Position numbers and translations under genes: made by a program. The notes below the pieces were generated by a model, which was given only the letters and a program-made list of their open reading frames with translations, had not been told where the DNA came from and did no database searches. From Octopus sinensis (taxonomy: Eukaryota), in contig NW_021836310.1 in NCBI RefSeq assembly GCF_006345805.1, positions 9,746-73,745 of the forward strand: a stretch of 64,000 nucleotides of DNA, written 5' to 3'. Positions 43,952-57,640 of this stretch are shown here, piece after piece. Each line of letters begins with the position of its first letter. Within the stretch, counting starts at the first letter, position 1.

Positions 43952-44332
43952 TCTTCTCTATATAAAACGGCAGTTGTCTGTGCGTTGTTTCTGGTTGTCT
44001 GTTTGCTTGTACCCTCACCCTGACCACGGCTTTCAACGATTTCTGATGAACTTGACACACACATAGCCCAATGTCATAATTCAAAAACTAACGCAGCGAA
44101 AATTTTGAAAAGTTCCCCCAGTTCTGAAAAAAAAATCGATAATTCGACATGGGGTCGAGAATCAGAAACACAACCACAAACTGTCTAGGGGACGCAACTC
44201 CACCTTTTTTAACTGTCAAAAAAAATTTACCATAATTTTTTTCCATTTTTGCTATTTTTTGCTATAACTCTCTAAAAATGCTTTATAGTTATTTCCCTTA
44301 CAAACCTGAGCCAACGCCGGGCGATACTGCTG
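43952..44332 (+). mobile_element. Probable non-autonomous Helitron
   Basis: 5' A|TCTTCTCTATATAAAA; 3' GC-rich hairpin remnant CCTGAGCCAACGCCGGG followed by GATACTGCT(a)GT; no TIR or TSD. Confidence 0.55.
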
Positions 44333-44421
44333 TGTTTGTATAAAAGCCCTGTTATCTTAGCTATATATTGTCAGGATCATGATGTTTCGTTTACCTCTGT
44401 AAAGTTCTGTATTTCATATTT

Positions 44422-44455
<34 letters not shown>

Positions 44456-44638
44456 AATATAATATATATGATTGACCGCTAGCCACTAACGCTTTTTTAA
44501 TCTCTCTCTGTTTATTTTCTTGTGTTCTTTTCTCGAAACGTAAAAGACTATCTCACCTTCCCGAGCGTTAAACTAATACACCTGTTTGTTGTTTACACAC
44601 CTATCTTGGTCTTTTGTCTTTTTGTTGTAAATTCCAGC

Positions 44639-44721
<83 letters not shown>

Positions 44722-44728
44722 ATGCAAC

Positions 44729-45033
44729 ATACATATAAGAGAGATGACCCACTAAGTGGATCCATTATGCTAGAGGTAGACAGCATATGGTCTGACCACT
44801 AAGAAAATATTGTTCTCTGGCGTTTGCTGAATTTTCTTGAGAACAATCTTTTCTTAGTGGTCAGACCATATGGTGTCTACTTCTAGCATAATGGATGTCC
44901 ACTTAGTGGTCATCCCTCTTATATGTATGTAATATAATTTTTTCTGATTCTTCAGATTTTTCAATATGCTAGACCACTGGTTTTAAATTGATATTAATCA
45001 AATTAATATTCAATTTTCGCCCTTATTTAAATT

Positions 45034-45106
<73 letters not shown>

Positions 45107-45240
45107 ATTTTAAATAATAAGGGTGAAAAATAGAATATTAATTTGATTAATATCAATTTAAAACCAGTAGTCTAGCATACTGAGAAATCTGAAGAATCAG
45201 AAAAAATTATATTACTTACATATAAGAGGGACGACCACTA
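44729..45240. repeat. Two overlapping long palindromes
   Basis: Hairpin 1 at 44729-44930 (about 90-bp arms, 21-nt loop); hairpin 2 at 44904-45240 (about 130-bp arms around a (CA)n(TA)n loop). Confidence 0.9.
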
Positions 45241-45354
45241 ATATTGGTAATTTATGTTAAACTTTAATATTCATACTATTGCCTATATAAAAAATTATTT
45301 CCGTTAAAATTATAATAATTATCATTACTATTATTATTATTATTATTATTATTA

Positions 45355-45413
<59 letters not shown>

Positions 45414-45446
45414 TATTGTTCTTGCTACTGTTTTTCTCCATTTCAG

Positions 45447-45494
45447 AAAACTTACTGTATCCTACATCTGGTCACAGTAATTCGGTAGAAGAAA
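45447..45494 (+). CDS. Cytoplasmic micro-exon
   Basis: Acceptor tttttctccatttcag, donor AA|GTTAGT; 48 nt, phase 1-1. Translates (E)NLLYPTSGHSNSVEE. Confidence 0.65.
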
Positions 45495-45968
45495 GTTAGT
45501 GACAACTATCACAGCACTTCGCAAACATCTTACCGTAGCAGTAGTTGTGGTGTTAGTGCTAGTAGAAGTAGTCACAATATGTGCTGTTGTTATTGTTGTT
45601 GGTGTTGCTATTATTGTTGCTGTTGTCGGTTTGAAGTGTTCGTAGTCATAGTGTCAGTGCCGCCGCCGCCATTGCAAATGACGCCGTTATTTCCTGCCCG
45701 CCCGTCTGGATCGTAGCGAAAAACTACTTAGGGTTTTTTTTCACCTGGAGAGTACACAAGTCCTTCACCAACTGCACTCCCTATAAGATTTGTGGTTTCC
45801 CAATTCGGCTGCTTTATTATGAAGAAAACTATGTAAAATTATCGATATATATATACATACATATTATATATATTATATAATATATTATATATATATATAT
45901 TATATATTATATATATCTATATATATAATATACATATATATATATATAATATATTATATATGTGTATG

Positions 45969-45999
<31 letters not shown>

Positions 46000-46780
46000 C
46001 AGCATATACGTGCATGCATACACTCACACATATATAGGTGTATATATTGTATATCAGGCTGAATAAAAAGTAAGCAACGTTTTGAAGCATGAAATTCATC
46101 ACAATATATTCCAACAATGCGGAGATTTTAATCATTAAAGTAAGTGCCATTACAATCAACACATTTTTGCCAACGAGTTACAAGTTTGTTTATTCTGGTA
46201 ACATAAAAATCTGGAACTGTTTGAACGCACTTTCAGCATCGGTTTGATTTTTGAACTCCTCCTCTCACAGGAAACCATCAAGGTGCTTGAAAGTGGTATC
46301 GGTAGGAGAAGGAGGAGAAGGTGTAGGGAATAAAAGCTGGTGGGGGAGAAACTTTGTAGCCAAGTTCCCTCAACTTCTGGAGCGTCATTAGGGAAACGTG
46401 TGGTCAAGCATTGTCATGAAGAATGATTGGTTCTCTTCTGTTGACCAGTCTGGGATGGAGGAGTAGCAGTTTTTTCATTCATTTTGGCAATTTCGTGGCA
46501 ATATGTTTCTGCAGAAATGGTTTTTCCGGGTTATAACAAGTTATAATGGATGAATCCATCAATACACCACCAAACAGTCACCATAACCTTCTTTTTGAAG
46601 AGCTCGGGTTTAGGCAAGGTTTCCGGTGCTTCATTTTGGTCCAACCAGTGTGAATAACGTTTTTTATTATTGTACAGAATCCACTTTTCATCGCAAGTTA
46701 CAATAGAGTCGAGAAATGGATCGGTCTGGTTACGGAGAAGAAGCGATGGGCAAATTTCATATCTGCGCATTTTCTGATTT

Positions 46781-48991
46781 CACTGTGCAACAAATTTCAG
46801 GTTCAAAAAAAGTACAAGTTAAGTAAGACTTGTTTCTAGGTCAAAAAATTGTCCTGATTCTGATTCTGACCTTTATTTCTCCAGATTAGGCACCGTTTTC
46901 CTGTACCATGAACCATATGTTTTATAATATACTGCATAATATTGCGTATTGAATACAACATTGCAAATACTAAAAGTTACAGAAAACAAAACCAAAAATT
47001 TAGTTGCTATAACAAAACATATATCGGCTATGAATTAAAAACACACCTGTCAGTTTTGTCCTTCTAAGCCTCTTGTGCGGAGTGTGATCTGTTTTTTATA
47101 CCCCAGCAGTAGTCTGCCAACATGCCAAGGTTCCATTTTCCTTTGAATCGTTGCTCCATCACTGAAATATCCTGATGGAATCTTTCATCATGTTCATCAC
47201 TCATATCACCAAGATTTTCCCTCAAAAAAATCCAAATGAGAGTGAAGCACATGGACTTTTAGAGACATGTTACATCCCATATCATGATAATGACTTAGCA
47301 GATGATTCACAACTTGCACATAGTCTTTTGAACGATGGTTGCCCAGGAGGTTATCGCAAACTTTCTTGAATGACTCAAAGGCAAGCTTCTCTTTTCTCTT
47401 GAGATGTGTGATGAAGGTTTCATCAAGTAGAATTTTTCGAATTTGGGGACCTATGAAGAAACCTTCTTTAATTTTAGCTTGACTCAGGTAAGGGAACTTT
47501 TCTGCAAGATATGCAAATGCGAAGGATTCTTTGTCCAAGGCTTTCACAAATTGCTTAAACAAACCAAGTTTAATATGCAAAGGTGGTTTTAAAAATTCTA
47601 TCACTTTTCACAAATGGTTTGTGCATGATGTGTTTTCCTTGCTCAATTTCGTCTCGGATCGCCCAATCCTTGTATACATAATGTTCAGCTTTTGCTCTGG
47701 AATTCCATAAGCACAGGAAGCAGGAAAATTTAGAATAGCCAAGCTGAAGGCCAGTAAGCATGGCTACCACCTTAAAATCTGTACAAATATGCCAGGTATG
47801 GTCATCATATCGTATGCTTGTTAGAATTGCTTTCAGATTTTCATATGATTCTTTCATGGTTGTGCTATAAGCTATGCGAACAGAAGGCAGAGTGTTACCA
47901 TTGTGTAGCAGAACAGCTTTGATGCTGTCCTTGGATGCATCTATGAAAAGTCGCCAGTTGGTTTTATCCTATGGTATTTCCAGTTGCTCAAAATGTTCAG
48001 TGATGTCATTACAAAAGCATAAGTCATTCTTCATGGGGAATAATGCCAGCAGATCCTCTGTACGTTTTCTGTACAGTGTTATCTTCACTCCCTTCTCAAG
48101 AAGATTACGTTCTTGAAGCCTTGATGACAGAAACTCACTTTTCTCTTTGGTTAAATAGAGATCCCTGCACAAGTCATTTAGAGCCTCTTGAGAAAATGGT
48201 ATTGGTTTATTCTTGCTTTCTGGATCATTGGGCTCCACACATTCACCACTGGAATGTTCATCAGCACTGCTGGAACTCTGCATTTCTTGATCTGGAGATT
48301 TAGGCACAGGTAAATTTTCTCAGTGCTCTACAGGGCGCATTGCTGATTGCAAATTTGGGTAAACAATGTGTTTCTTTTTCTTTGCTGTAGTACAGCCTGT
48401 AAAGTCATGGTGACAGAAATAGCAATCATTAGAGTGATTTTTCTGCTCACGCCAAATCACTAGCACACCAAACTTCATGTGAACATTTTTTTCCTACATA
48501 TCAGGCACTCAATGTCTTCGCACATGTAAGGCAACACACATGAGGAGCCCATGACTTATCCTGGTCTCCTAGGTAACAATCGAAGTACGCCTTGTAAATT
48601 TTCTTGATATGGCGTGTAATACGGCGCTTTTCTTTAGCAAAAGTCAATTCCCTACAGATATAACAGAATCTCTTTGCATCATTTTTGCACTGTCTTGCAC
48701 TCATTGTTGAAAACAAATAAGATTTGAAAGATAAAAAAATAACATTAAAACACAAGCTTTGAATCACATTGTAGGTGTTACTAAGATTGGTCTCTAGCCC
48801 TGGGTTGAAACCCATTTTACAATGCGGTAGAGAATTTTATTTAATAATAATGACAAAAAGAATATGCAGTGACAATTCTGTAGAAGCCATGCCTAATTCA
48901 ACAAAAAGAAGGCCAGAAATGGATTTCCCATGTCATTTTGCATATAAAAATAGCCACAGATCTCTTGTACTTTTTTGAGTGTTGCACAGTG
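46781..48991 (-). mobile_element. Chapaev3-like (CMC superfamily) DNA transposon
   Basis: CAC...GTG termini; 12-bp TIR CACTGTGCAACA plus a shared subterminal TCAAAAAAGTACAAG; 3-bp TSD TTT; 2211 bp. The superfamily call rests on my recall of termini, TSD length and protein motifs. Confidence 0.8.
47064..48704 (-). pseudogene. Frameshifted Chapaev-type DDE transposase
   Basis: Fragments MSARQCKNDAKRFCYIC...LGDQDKSWAPHVCCLTC, WRLFIDAS, HICTDFKV, CFLCLW (C2C), PPLHIKLGLFKQFVKAL (LH), KVHVLHSHLDFF (H..H), SDEHDERFHQD...LADYCW, spread over at least five frames. Confidence 0.85.
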
Positions 48992-50598
48992 TTTTCATTC
49001 AAATCGTGTGATACCCATTTGTCGAGATTTTTTGATTTTCCGATCGCATGTAAATGGTTGCAGGCAGTTTTCTGGCTAATTTGAAGTTCTTTTGCCAGTT
49101 CTCGAGTGGTTTTACGTGGATCTTTCTCAATGACGGTCTTTAATTGACTGTCATCGATGACAGATGGGCGTCCACTACGCTCACGATCTTCAAGGCTCAG
49201 GGCTCCACTGCGAAATCATTTAAGCCATTTTCTAGCTGACCACTCACTGGTCATCTCCTCACTAAATGTTTCGTTGATATCGCGAGCAGTTTCAGCTGCT
49301 TTACGTCCTATTTTTGAAGTCGAATAGCAAAATTGCTCGAATATCGCATTTTGACAGTTCCATTTCAGATGATTGTAACAAGTCTTTGTCTATATTATCA
49401 GACAATTTCTTAAAAATGTTTTTAAAAATTCAAAACTCTGCAAAAATCTGGTACAAATTCTTCATGGTTCAAAACCTTGCTTACTTTTTACTCACCATGA
49501 TATATATATATATATATATGCATATGATTGATTGATTCTAGTTTCAGCTCATGAGCTGTGGCCATGCTGGGGCACCACATATAAATAAATATGTATATTA
49601 TATATAAAATATATTATACATGTTATATATATTTAAATATATGTATGTGTGTGTGAGTGTGGAGGTGTGTATAAACATGTGTGTGTGACTATGTTTGTGA
49701 GCGAATATGTGTGCGTATATATTTTCTTACATTTTCGTTCTTTGGTTTGCTTTAGCCATCGCACTTAATGCCATGCTGGAGCACTCACGTATGTTCTTAA
49801 CATGCAAACATAAAGGCATCTGCAACATTCAGTATATTAATATATTTTAAATATTCATAGTCATGGGGCAGAGTGAAACCTTGGGGAGAAAAATTTAGCT
49901 GCTGGTGTCAAAGATATCTTTCAATTAATAAAAGTCAATGTTAAAGGGAGTATGAGAGGAAATCCTGGTGATTCCGAATGCGACAAAGTCGGAATCTATA
50001 TTCTCTTTGATATATAAGTAGTTATGCAACGATTTGGAAAAAGACTAAACCAAGATCCACACTGCAACACACAAATCCTATAGATATATATTGATTTAAA
50101 ATTTTGGGACAAGACCAGACGTTTCAGAGGAAAGGCTAAGTCGAATGCATCAACCCCAGTGTTTAACTGGTACTTATTTTATCGGCCTCAGAATGTAAAG
50201 ACGGACGAAATGCCAGTAAGCAACTTTCCCGGCGTGCTAACGATTCTGCCAGAATATATTGATTTAAAAATTTTCTGGCAAGGCCAGCAATTTCAGACGA
50301 GGGGTTAAGTCGATCACATCAGTCCCAGTGTTCAGCTGGTACTTATTTTATCGACCCCCGAAAGGAAAATAAAAATCCAAATTGCACGGTACATATGTTT
50401 CTTAGCTAGATAAAGCTCTAGATGTAACTGTTATGCAAATGAGTTATGCCCAACTTAGCGAATCATCATGGATGAAACGAAGGTTACATTGTCACTCGGA
50501 ATTCCTAAATCAACTCCACTTGCGTTGAGTTTAACTACACACACACACACACGCACGTATATATATACGTGTATATGTATACGTATATATATATATAT

Positions 50599-50632
<34 letters not shown>

Positions 50633-51235
50633 GGTGGGTGGGGGTGTGTGTTTGTGTGTGTGTGTGTGTGTTTGTATAAGTATATGTGTATGTGTATGTA
50701 TGTATGTATGTATATAATAAATATCAGTATCACACACTTAATGTATACGTGTTGTTAATGCCCCTTTAAAGACGTACAGGTGAAACGGAAACCTCCACGA
50801 AAGTGAACAAGAATGACAGATATTGATATTTCACAGTCCTCTCCACCCACCAGTGTCGCACATTCACCCCGCTTCCGAAACGAGCTAGAATTGCCAGATA
50901 GAAGTATATACAACCAGCGTAAAATCTATTTACTGATGTGACAAAACGTTGCACAAGTAGAACAAAATTCAAATCTTAAGTCTAAAGAAGCTCTGTAATG
51001 TAAACATTATTAATGCCATATACTGGGATGGAGGTGGAGCAGTTTTTCGTTTATTTTGGCAATTTCATGGCAATGTGTTTCTGCAGAAATGTAAACATGA
51101 TCAATGCCATATACTTAATGAGTGTACATTGTTAAACCCTCGTAGCTGAAGTATCATGTCTTGCAGACATAAGTTTAAATGCGTAACACACGGCTCTTTA
51201 ACGCCACGCTTCGTTTACGCATTCATATACTTTTT

Positions 51236-51645
51236 TATTCTTTTGCTTGTCTCAGTCATTTGACTGCGGCCATGTTGTAGCATCGCCTGTAGTCGAGCAA
51301 ATCGACCTCAGGACTTATTCTTTGTAAGCCTAGTACTTATTCTAGCGGACTGTTTTGCCGAACCACTAAGTTACGTAAACACACCAGCATCGTTTGTCAA
51401 GCAATGTTGCGGGGACAGACAGACAGACACACACACACACACACACGCAAACACACATACACGCAAACACACACACATACATACACATATATATATATAC
51501 GACGGGCTTCTTTCAGTTTCCGTCTACCAAATCCACTCACAAGGCTTTGGTGCGCCCGAGGCTATAGTAGAAGACACTTGCACAAGATGTCATGCAATGG
51601 GACTGAACCCGGAACCATGTGGTTGGTAAGCAAGATACTTACCAC
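51236..51645 (-). mobile_element. CORE-like tRNA-SINE, full length
   Basis: Reverse complement of the 8461-8906 family with an internal (CA)n. Confidence 0.8.
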
Positions 51646-51825
51646 ACATATCTATGTTATTAAACTGTTATGTTAAGAAAGCGGCGTGAATGAATTCGAA
51701 CTAGGATCCTCAGATCTTGTACCCATCTTCTTTATTTACTCGGCCCTTTCCTCCGTGCAATGGTAATTGTAATTGTAATAGTTACACTAATAGCAGCAGT
51801 GATAGTATTGGTAGTTTTAGTACAA

Positions 51826-51909
<84 letters not shown>

Positions 51910-52011
51910 TTCATTATTATTATTGTTAACAAGGATTGTTATGCTGGTGATGTCATTGGTAATGATGTTTGTGATGTCGATTGTCATTGATTAATGACAT
52001 TAACAGCAATT

Positions 52012-52057
<46 letters not shown>

Positions 52058-53659
52058 CAGCAGCAGCAGCAGAAGCAGCAGCAGTAGTAGTAGTAGTAGT
52101 AGTAGTAATAGTGCTGTTGTTGCTGTTGGTGCTTCGTCTTTATTTCGTCGTTTTAATAATTTCAACGTTGACCTTGGTGTTCCCTTCTTTCCCTCTACAC
52201 ATTAACTTTGACCTTTGACCTCAATGTAAAAAAGCGCTAAACACATATGTCTATATCAGTGACGTAGCTAACGTGTGCTCCTGCCAGGAGCAGCCCTTTA
52301 GTTTGCCCCTCCTCCCCTGTACTGGCTTCTACAGCAGACTCAAACGTGCCGCCTCTATGAATGCATCACCTTTGGTGTACCACCACCTACACTGATGATG
52401 AGCAATCAGCGGTATCCATGAATAGATTATTCTATTAATTTCAGTGAACGAACGAACGGTGGTGGGTTTGTTTTTGTTTCTTATTAAGGGATTTAGAGGG
52501 ACAAAACTGCGTCAACGTCGAATTCACCAACCATTCAGGGCCTCTTGATGCCATGTTTTAGCTAGGAGGGCCCGTGAAAGCCTAAACCCAAAGCAAATGA
52601 TGAAAAAGATTTTTTTTTAAAAAGGAAAGTACCTTTCTACTGGGTCCGAATAGAAGCTTCCTCATCAAATTGTATAAAATACAGAACCTTGAATACTGAA
52701 ACGAAATGAGAACGGAACACTAAGACAACACAATCAATAACTAAAACCATGTTACACATTTTTACATGTGGAACGAAAAAGAAAAAAAAACAGACCATTA
52801 AGGAAAAGTTTTACGATAAAACAATGGAAAAAGAAAGTTAAACAGTTCGCCATTTTGAAAACGAATTTCCTATCCTCAGTCGTGTCCTTTTGCATTTCTT
52901 TTTGACTGATCCCTGTGTATTTCTGTCCATTTTTATGTTTTAAATTTCACCGGTGAAGTTTTAATGTGGCCTTGTAATTCAGTCAGAAGACACAATATTT
53001 CTTTTATTTCATTGCATTCACCATTTGCTGTTTCGTTATGCGATGTAATAATATCTAAAGAAAAATGTTATTGTTGTCTGTCTAACGTGTCACGTGTTAC
53101 GCAGGCTGATGGCGCTGGTGTTGGTGTTTGAAGAGGGGAGGGTACATATTGAAGATGAGATTGTCGTGGCACTTTTTCCTCCTCAAGTTTTGATCTCACT
53201 TTTATCTTTTGTTGGTTTTCTTTTAAACATTTTTGTATATTTTATTTGAAGTGCTGGTGTTATTGAATTGATAGGTTGATTATATTATTTATGGAGACGT
53301 CGATATGTGTGTGTATGCATGTACATACTTGTATTCAAACACATATATGTAACATATATTACATATAATCACATACACGCACGTACACACACGCACGCAC
53401 ACATACGCACGTAGACACACACACTTACACACACACACACATGTATATATATATACACTTATATGTAGCATACGTACATAGCAATACTTACATATAAATA
53501 TATATATATACACACACACACATGCATATCTATATACATACACATGCTTATATATATATATATATATATTCATACACATATCCAATCCATAGATACACAC
53601 AGACACACACACACACACAATTCAGATATAGAATAAATATATTATTTATTGTTTTCTAG

Positions 53660-53704
53660 GTTTGCCATCACCAATATCGGATACATACGATGAAACTTCT
53701 GAAA
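53660..53704 (+). CDS. Cytoplasmic micro-exon
   Basis: Acceptor ttatttattgttttctag, donor AA|GTAAGT; 45 nt, phase 1-1. Translates (S/G)LPSPISDTYDETSE. Confidence 0.7.
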
Positions 53705-55185
53705 GTAAGTATAGTCAGCAACTTTTCCAGCCATACCAATTGATAACAACTGTTCTGAACATCGGTGAGATGTGGGAGATTATTTCTTGAAGAAATTGTG
53801 AGTCTCATGTCTTGTCTTCAAATTTCTTAGTGATGCAAACTGAAGACTTTAATGAAATGATTTCCTGTTAGGGACCAGCCTTCATCCCTTTTCTCACTCA
53901 TTTCTTACATTCTGCAAATATAGAAGCATCCATTGTGTTGCGGAAGCATTATGTTCATGAAAATATTACCGTAATGTGGATTTCCCTAACGCGAAATGAA
54001 TTTACCTATTGAAGCCATTGTTTATTCGTTTCTATGTAATACGGAATCGATGGTAAAATGTGGTTTCTCATCACGTGAGCACACGTTACATTAAGGCTTT
54101 CCACAGTGTAATCGTTTCGTAATGCAGAGGTTACCTGTCGATAAGGGCTGTCGTCTGTGTGGTGTATTTTTTCTATGACAGCTGTATCGAGGAGGTCCAA
54201 CTTTAGTCCCCCGCTCCACAAAATATATCTGAAAATATTATACGTAATGAAGCCTTTCTAGACATCATATAAAACAGAATACAAGGAAGCAAGCAATTAT
54301 CTGCTTTAAAACTTTACACATGTAATCTTATTGAGTTTTAAAATAATTAATTCCACTTCATCAACTTTTCATAACTTTACATACGATTCACTGCAAGGTT
54401 TCAACTCCTTCGAGAAGGAATACCGCTGTGGGATTCATTCTTCAAATGAAACACTGCCCACTTTAGAAAATTTATTGTGAAAAGAGAGTTGCTAATATAG
54501 CTTTAGCATCCAGACAAACAGACTAATATGATAACACTTAAAAATGCCGGTCAACATTCTATGAGAAAAATGATAATAGTGAATTAATAGTCGATATCGT
54601 TATGACGGTTGAGTACGATGCTGTAAAGATAAGTTGAACTGAGAAGTTAAAACTAAGGAATCACACTGCCTTGGCAGTAGAATTAAGACTATTATGGTGA
54701 TTACAAAATATGCCCAACATTCTTTTTCTCACTGGTGCAGTTATAATAATACACAACTATTACTTTAAAAGACATAGATAGATTACCAGGAAGGATGGCC
54801 ATCGGTATACTGGAGGAAATACCAATGTTTGGAGCTATATAAAATGTTCGAGTCCATACACAAGGGGATGCTGGAAAGCTCCTGGCTTTGGGTAAAAAAA
54901 AGAAACTACAGGAGAATAAGTTGTGATTTGGTGCAATATATTCTCCTCTCAGATTCACACACTTATTGCAGCAGAACTTCAGTTTTTTCTAAGAACTTGG
55001 AAATTTGCTTTTCCTTCTTTCGGGTTCGATAAAATAAGTACCAGTTGACTATTGGCACTGATGTAATCGACTTACCCCTACCTCGAAATTGCTGGCCTTG
55101 TGCCAAAATTTGAAATTATTATTATTATCCCCTCCCCACAAATTTGAGGCCTTGTGCTTCCAGTAGAAAGGATTATTGTTATCAT

Positions 55186-55522
55186 AATTTTCTTCAGGTC
55201 GAGTGGCCCATCCTGTTCAAAAGGTCCCTGAATAAGGTTTGTTTAAGGATGCTGAACCCATGTTTTCAAAGGTGAATTATCCTAACCCGAAATAATTCCT
55301 CTCAACACATGGCTACCCTCACTACTTCTGCTCATGATCAGAGATGCACATATCGCCAGCCATTAAGGGACATGGTCAACTAGTTATGGTCAAACAACTG
55401 ATAAGCAAATCTGTGGTATTGAGCAGAATATTTGCTGTAGCCTATCTTTTATACCAAGACAACACTTCCAATGAGTTGAGATCAGAAGCCATGAGAACCA
55501 CTGCCTGTTACTACATCAGGGC
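55186..55522 (-). mobile_element. Partial copy of the 520-bp (TAA)n-flanked repeat
   Basis: Collinear with the right two thirds of 343-863; followed by (TAT)n to about 55770. Confidence 0.7.
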
Positions 55523-55572
55523 ATTATTATCATTATTTATTATTATTATTATTACTATTATTATTATTATTA

Positions 55573-55616
<44 letters not shown>

Positions 55617-55651
55617 TTATTATTATTATTATTATTACTATTATTATTATT

Positions 55652-55682
<31 letters not shown>

Positions 55683-55728
55683 TATTATTTTATAATTACT
55701 ATTACTATTACTATTATTACTATTATTA

Positions 55729-55770
<42 letters not shown>

Positions 55771-55851
55771 AGCTAAAAAGTGTCTCGATCCTATTGAAGA
55801 GGATGGAAATCAAGACGGTAAGCTACTATTTACTAGTTTCGACTCAGTGAG

Positions 55852-55882
<31 letters not shown>

Positions 55883-56053
55883 TGTGTGTGTGCGTGCGTG
55901 CGTGTGTGTGTGTATATCTATTTACGTATTGTAAATCTGGGTCAAACTACAGATTGTCAATACAATTACTGTTGTAACTTCCTCGGTACGCAAAATCTTT
56001 AAACAATGTGGTTGATATCGGAGACACGTTGTCATCATTTTCTATAACACAAC

Positions 56054-56105
<52 letters not shown>

Positions 56106-56350
56106 TATATATATATATATACATACATACCACACACATACACTTATATACACACACATATATTTATATACATATACGTATATATATATATATATATATA
56201 CATATATTATATACATCTATGCATATATATAACTTGAAATCATGTTACTTATTTTGATCATATATATATGTATGTGTGTATGTATGCAGGCATGTATATA
56301 TATATATACACACACACACACACATACACACTCATACATATATAAATATA

Positions 56351-57407
56351 CAGGGTGGAGCAGAGAGGAAGGACGTTTTAGAAAATTTCACAAGATCATT
56401 AATTTTAGTTGCAAACAAATTTCATTGACATTAATGTATTCGTATTGAATTAGCATTTGTCAAAATCGAGTGTGGAAAACAACTTCCATCATGTGGTGTC
56501 CGTTTTCATTGAGGCATTTCCGAAGGTGTTCTTAAAAGTTGGCCTCCGCTCTCTCTAGCAATGCTCTGTCGATTTGGGCGACTACTTCCACGCGAATAGC
56601 GTCCTTCAAATCGTCCAATATACGGGGCTTATGCGCATATACACGTACCTTGAGGTTTCCCCCACAAATACAAATGACGGCAGTTTTTCCAACAGCACAC
56701 CAGACCCCTTACTTTGGGGTTGTGCAGTGGTGTTTCGTGCATTTCTCTTGGATTTTCAAGTGCCCATTAATGATAGTTCCCCATGCCATTGAGATGAAAT
56801 TGAGCTACATCACTCATTAGCAAAATGCAATTGTCATTTGCCTCAAAAATTGCTTCCATCTGATGTGCGAAGTTGAGCCGCTGTGCATAGTTCCGTGGTT
56901 TCAACTGTTGCCCAATGACCAATTTGTACGGGTGGAAATGCAGGTCTTCATGCAAAATACGCCTTACCGATTGATTACCGATGCCAAGTTCAGTGGAATG
57001 CCTCCGAGCAGAGTGATTAGGACTTCGTATCAAAGCTTGTCTCACGTGTTTCACATTTTCCGGGGTCCGTTCTGTTCGTGGCGCACCCACTGGTCTCCTA
57101 TTCATTGGTATACTTCGTATAAGAAGTGCATTCACCCAATGTAAGAATGTCTTTCGGGTGGGAACAGACGGATTTCGGTGAATGTTGAAGTGACGCCGAA
57201 ATTCAACCTGAACTGTTATGACAGACTCATTATTCTTTACGTAAATGTCGTAGGCAAACACGCGATGCCCTATCGTCCACAGCGCCTGAAAAGAAACAAA
57301 AATGCTCAGACACCACGGACCAAATGGTACCTGTTGGAGATATGTCCCTTCTCCTGGGGCTGAATAATAGCCATTTCAAAAACGTCTGTCCTCTCTGTCC
57401 CACCCTG
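56351..57407 (-). mobile_element. Internally deleted Tc1/mariner-superfamily element (DUF4817-type N-terminus)
   Basis: TIR CAGGGTGGAGCAGAGAGGAAGGACGTTTT vs CAGGGTGGGACAGAGAGGACAGACGTTTT; TA flanks. ORF 56767-57261 has LHFHPYKL and MSDVAQFHLNG; the region with the 2nd and 3rd catalytic Asp is deleted. Confidence 0.85.
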
Positions 57408-57442
57408 TATATATACACATATATATGTGTATACATGTGGAT

Positions 57443-57640
57443 CGTTGGCGATTTTTTCCTCCGTCTTCCTTTTCCTCTGTCTCTTGTTTCTGAAGAAGAG
57501 CTTTGCTCGAAACGTAAAACTACCTTTCTTTCCTTCCCTGAGTGTCTTTTAATACTTTGCATGTACCACGTCCTCGCGTTGTTGCTTTTTCTTGTTGCGA
57601 TTTTTCTTCGGTTTTTTTTTTAGGTGGACTAACTATAGAT
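57443..57640 (+). mobile_element. About 200-bp Penelope-like solo repeat carrying the minimal hammerhead; relatives at 11009-11214 (+), 29791-29978 (-), about 44470-44640 (+)
   Basis: Shared CGTTGGCGATTTT start, GAGC...GCTCGAAACGT core, CCTGAG.GTC..ATA.T...T.CCACGTCCT.GC block; each copy abuts a (TA)n-type tract. Confidence 0.6.
57486..57520 (+). ncRNA. Minimal hammerhead ribozyme motif
   Basis: GUUU-CUGAAGA-A-GAGC(UUU)GCUC-GAAA-CG-UA/AAAC: stem I 4 bp, stem II 4 bp, palindromic ACGU stem III, GUA site. Confidence 0.55.

Larger units (their letters stand above)
46128..49363 (-). pseudogene. Mariner transposase pseudogene (Hsmar1/SETMAR-type)
   Basis: MELSKCDIRAILLFDF..., LEDRERSGRP, WVSHDLNENQK, VTCDEKWILY, KKVMVTVWW, LHDNA, SPTDYH, RWQKCVDCNGTYF; stops and frameshifts present. 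Confidence 0.9.
46054..49500 (-). mobile_element. Mariner (DD34D) DNA transposon, full length but decayed, interrupted by a nested element
   Basis: TIRs TCAGGCTGAATAAAAAGTAAGCAACGTTTTGAA (46054) and TCATGGTGAGTAAAAAGTAAGCAAGGTTTTGAA (reverse complement, ends 49500); TA on both flanks; about 1.23 kb once the insert is removed. Confidence 0.9.

Noticed and set aside
54006-54221. Minus-strand 71-aa non-repetitive ORF, plus a plus-strand acceptor at 54181
   Set aside because: No recognisable motif, no matching frame-preserving donor, and the length is within chance expectation.
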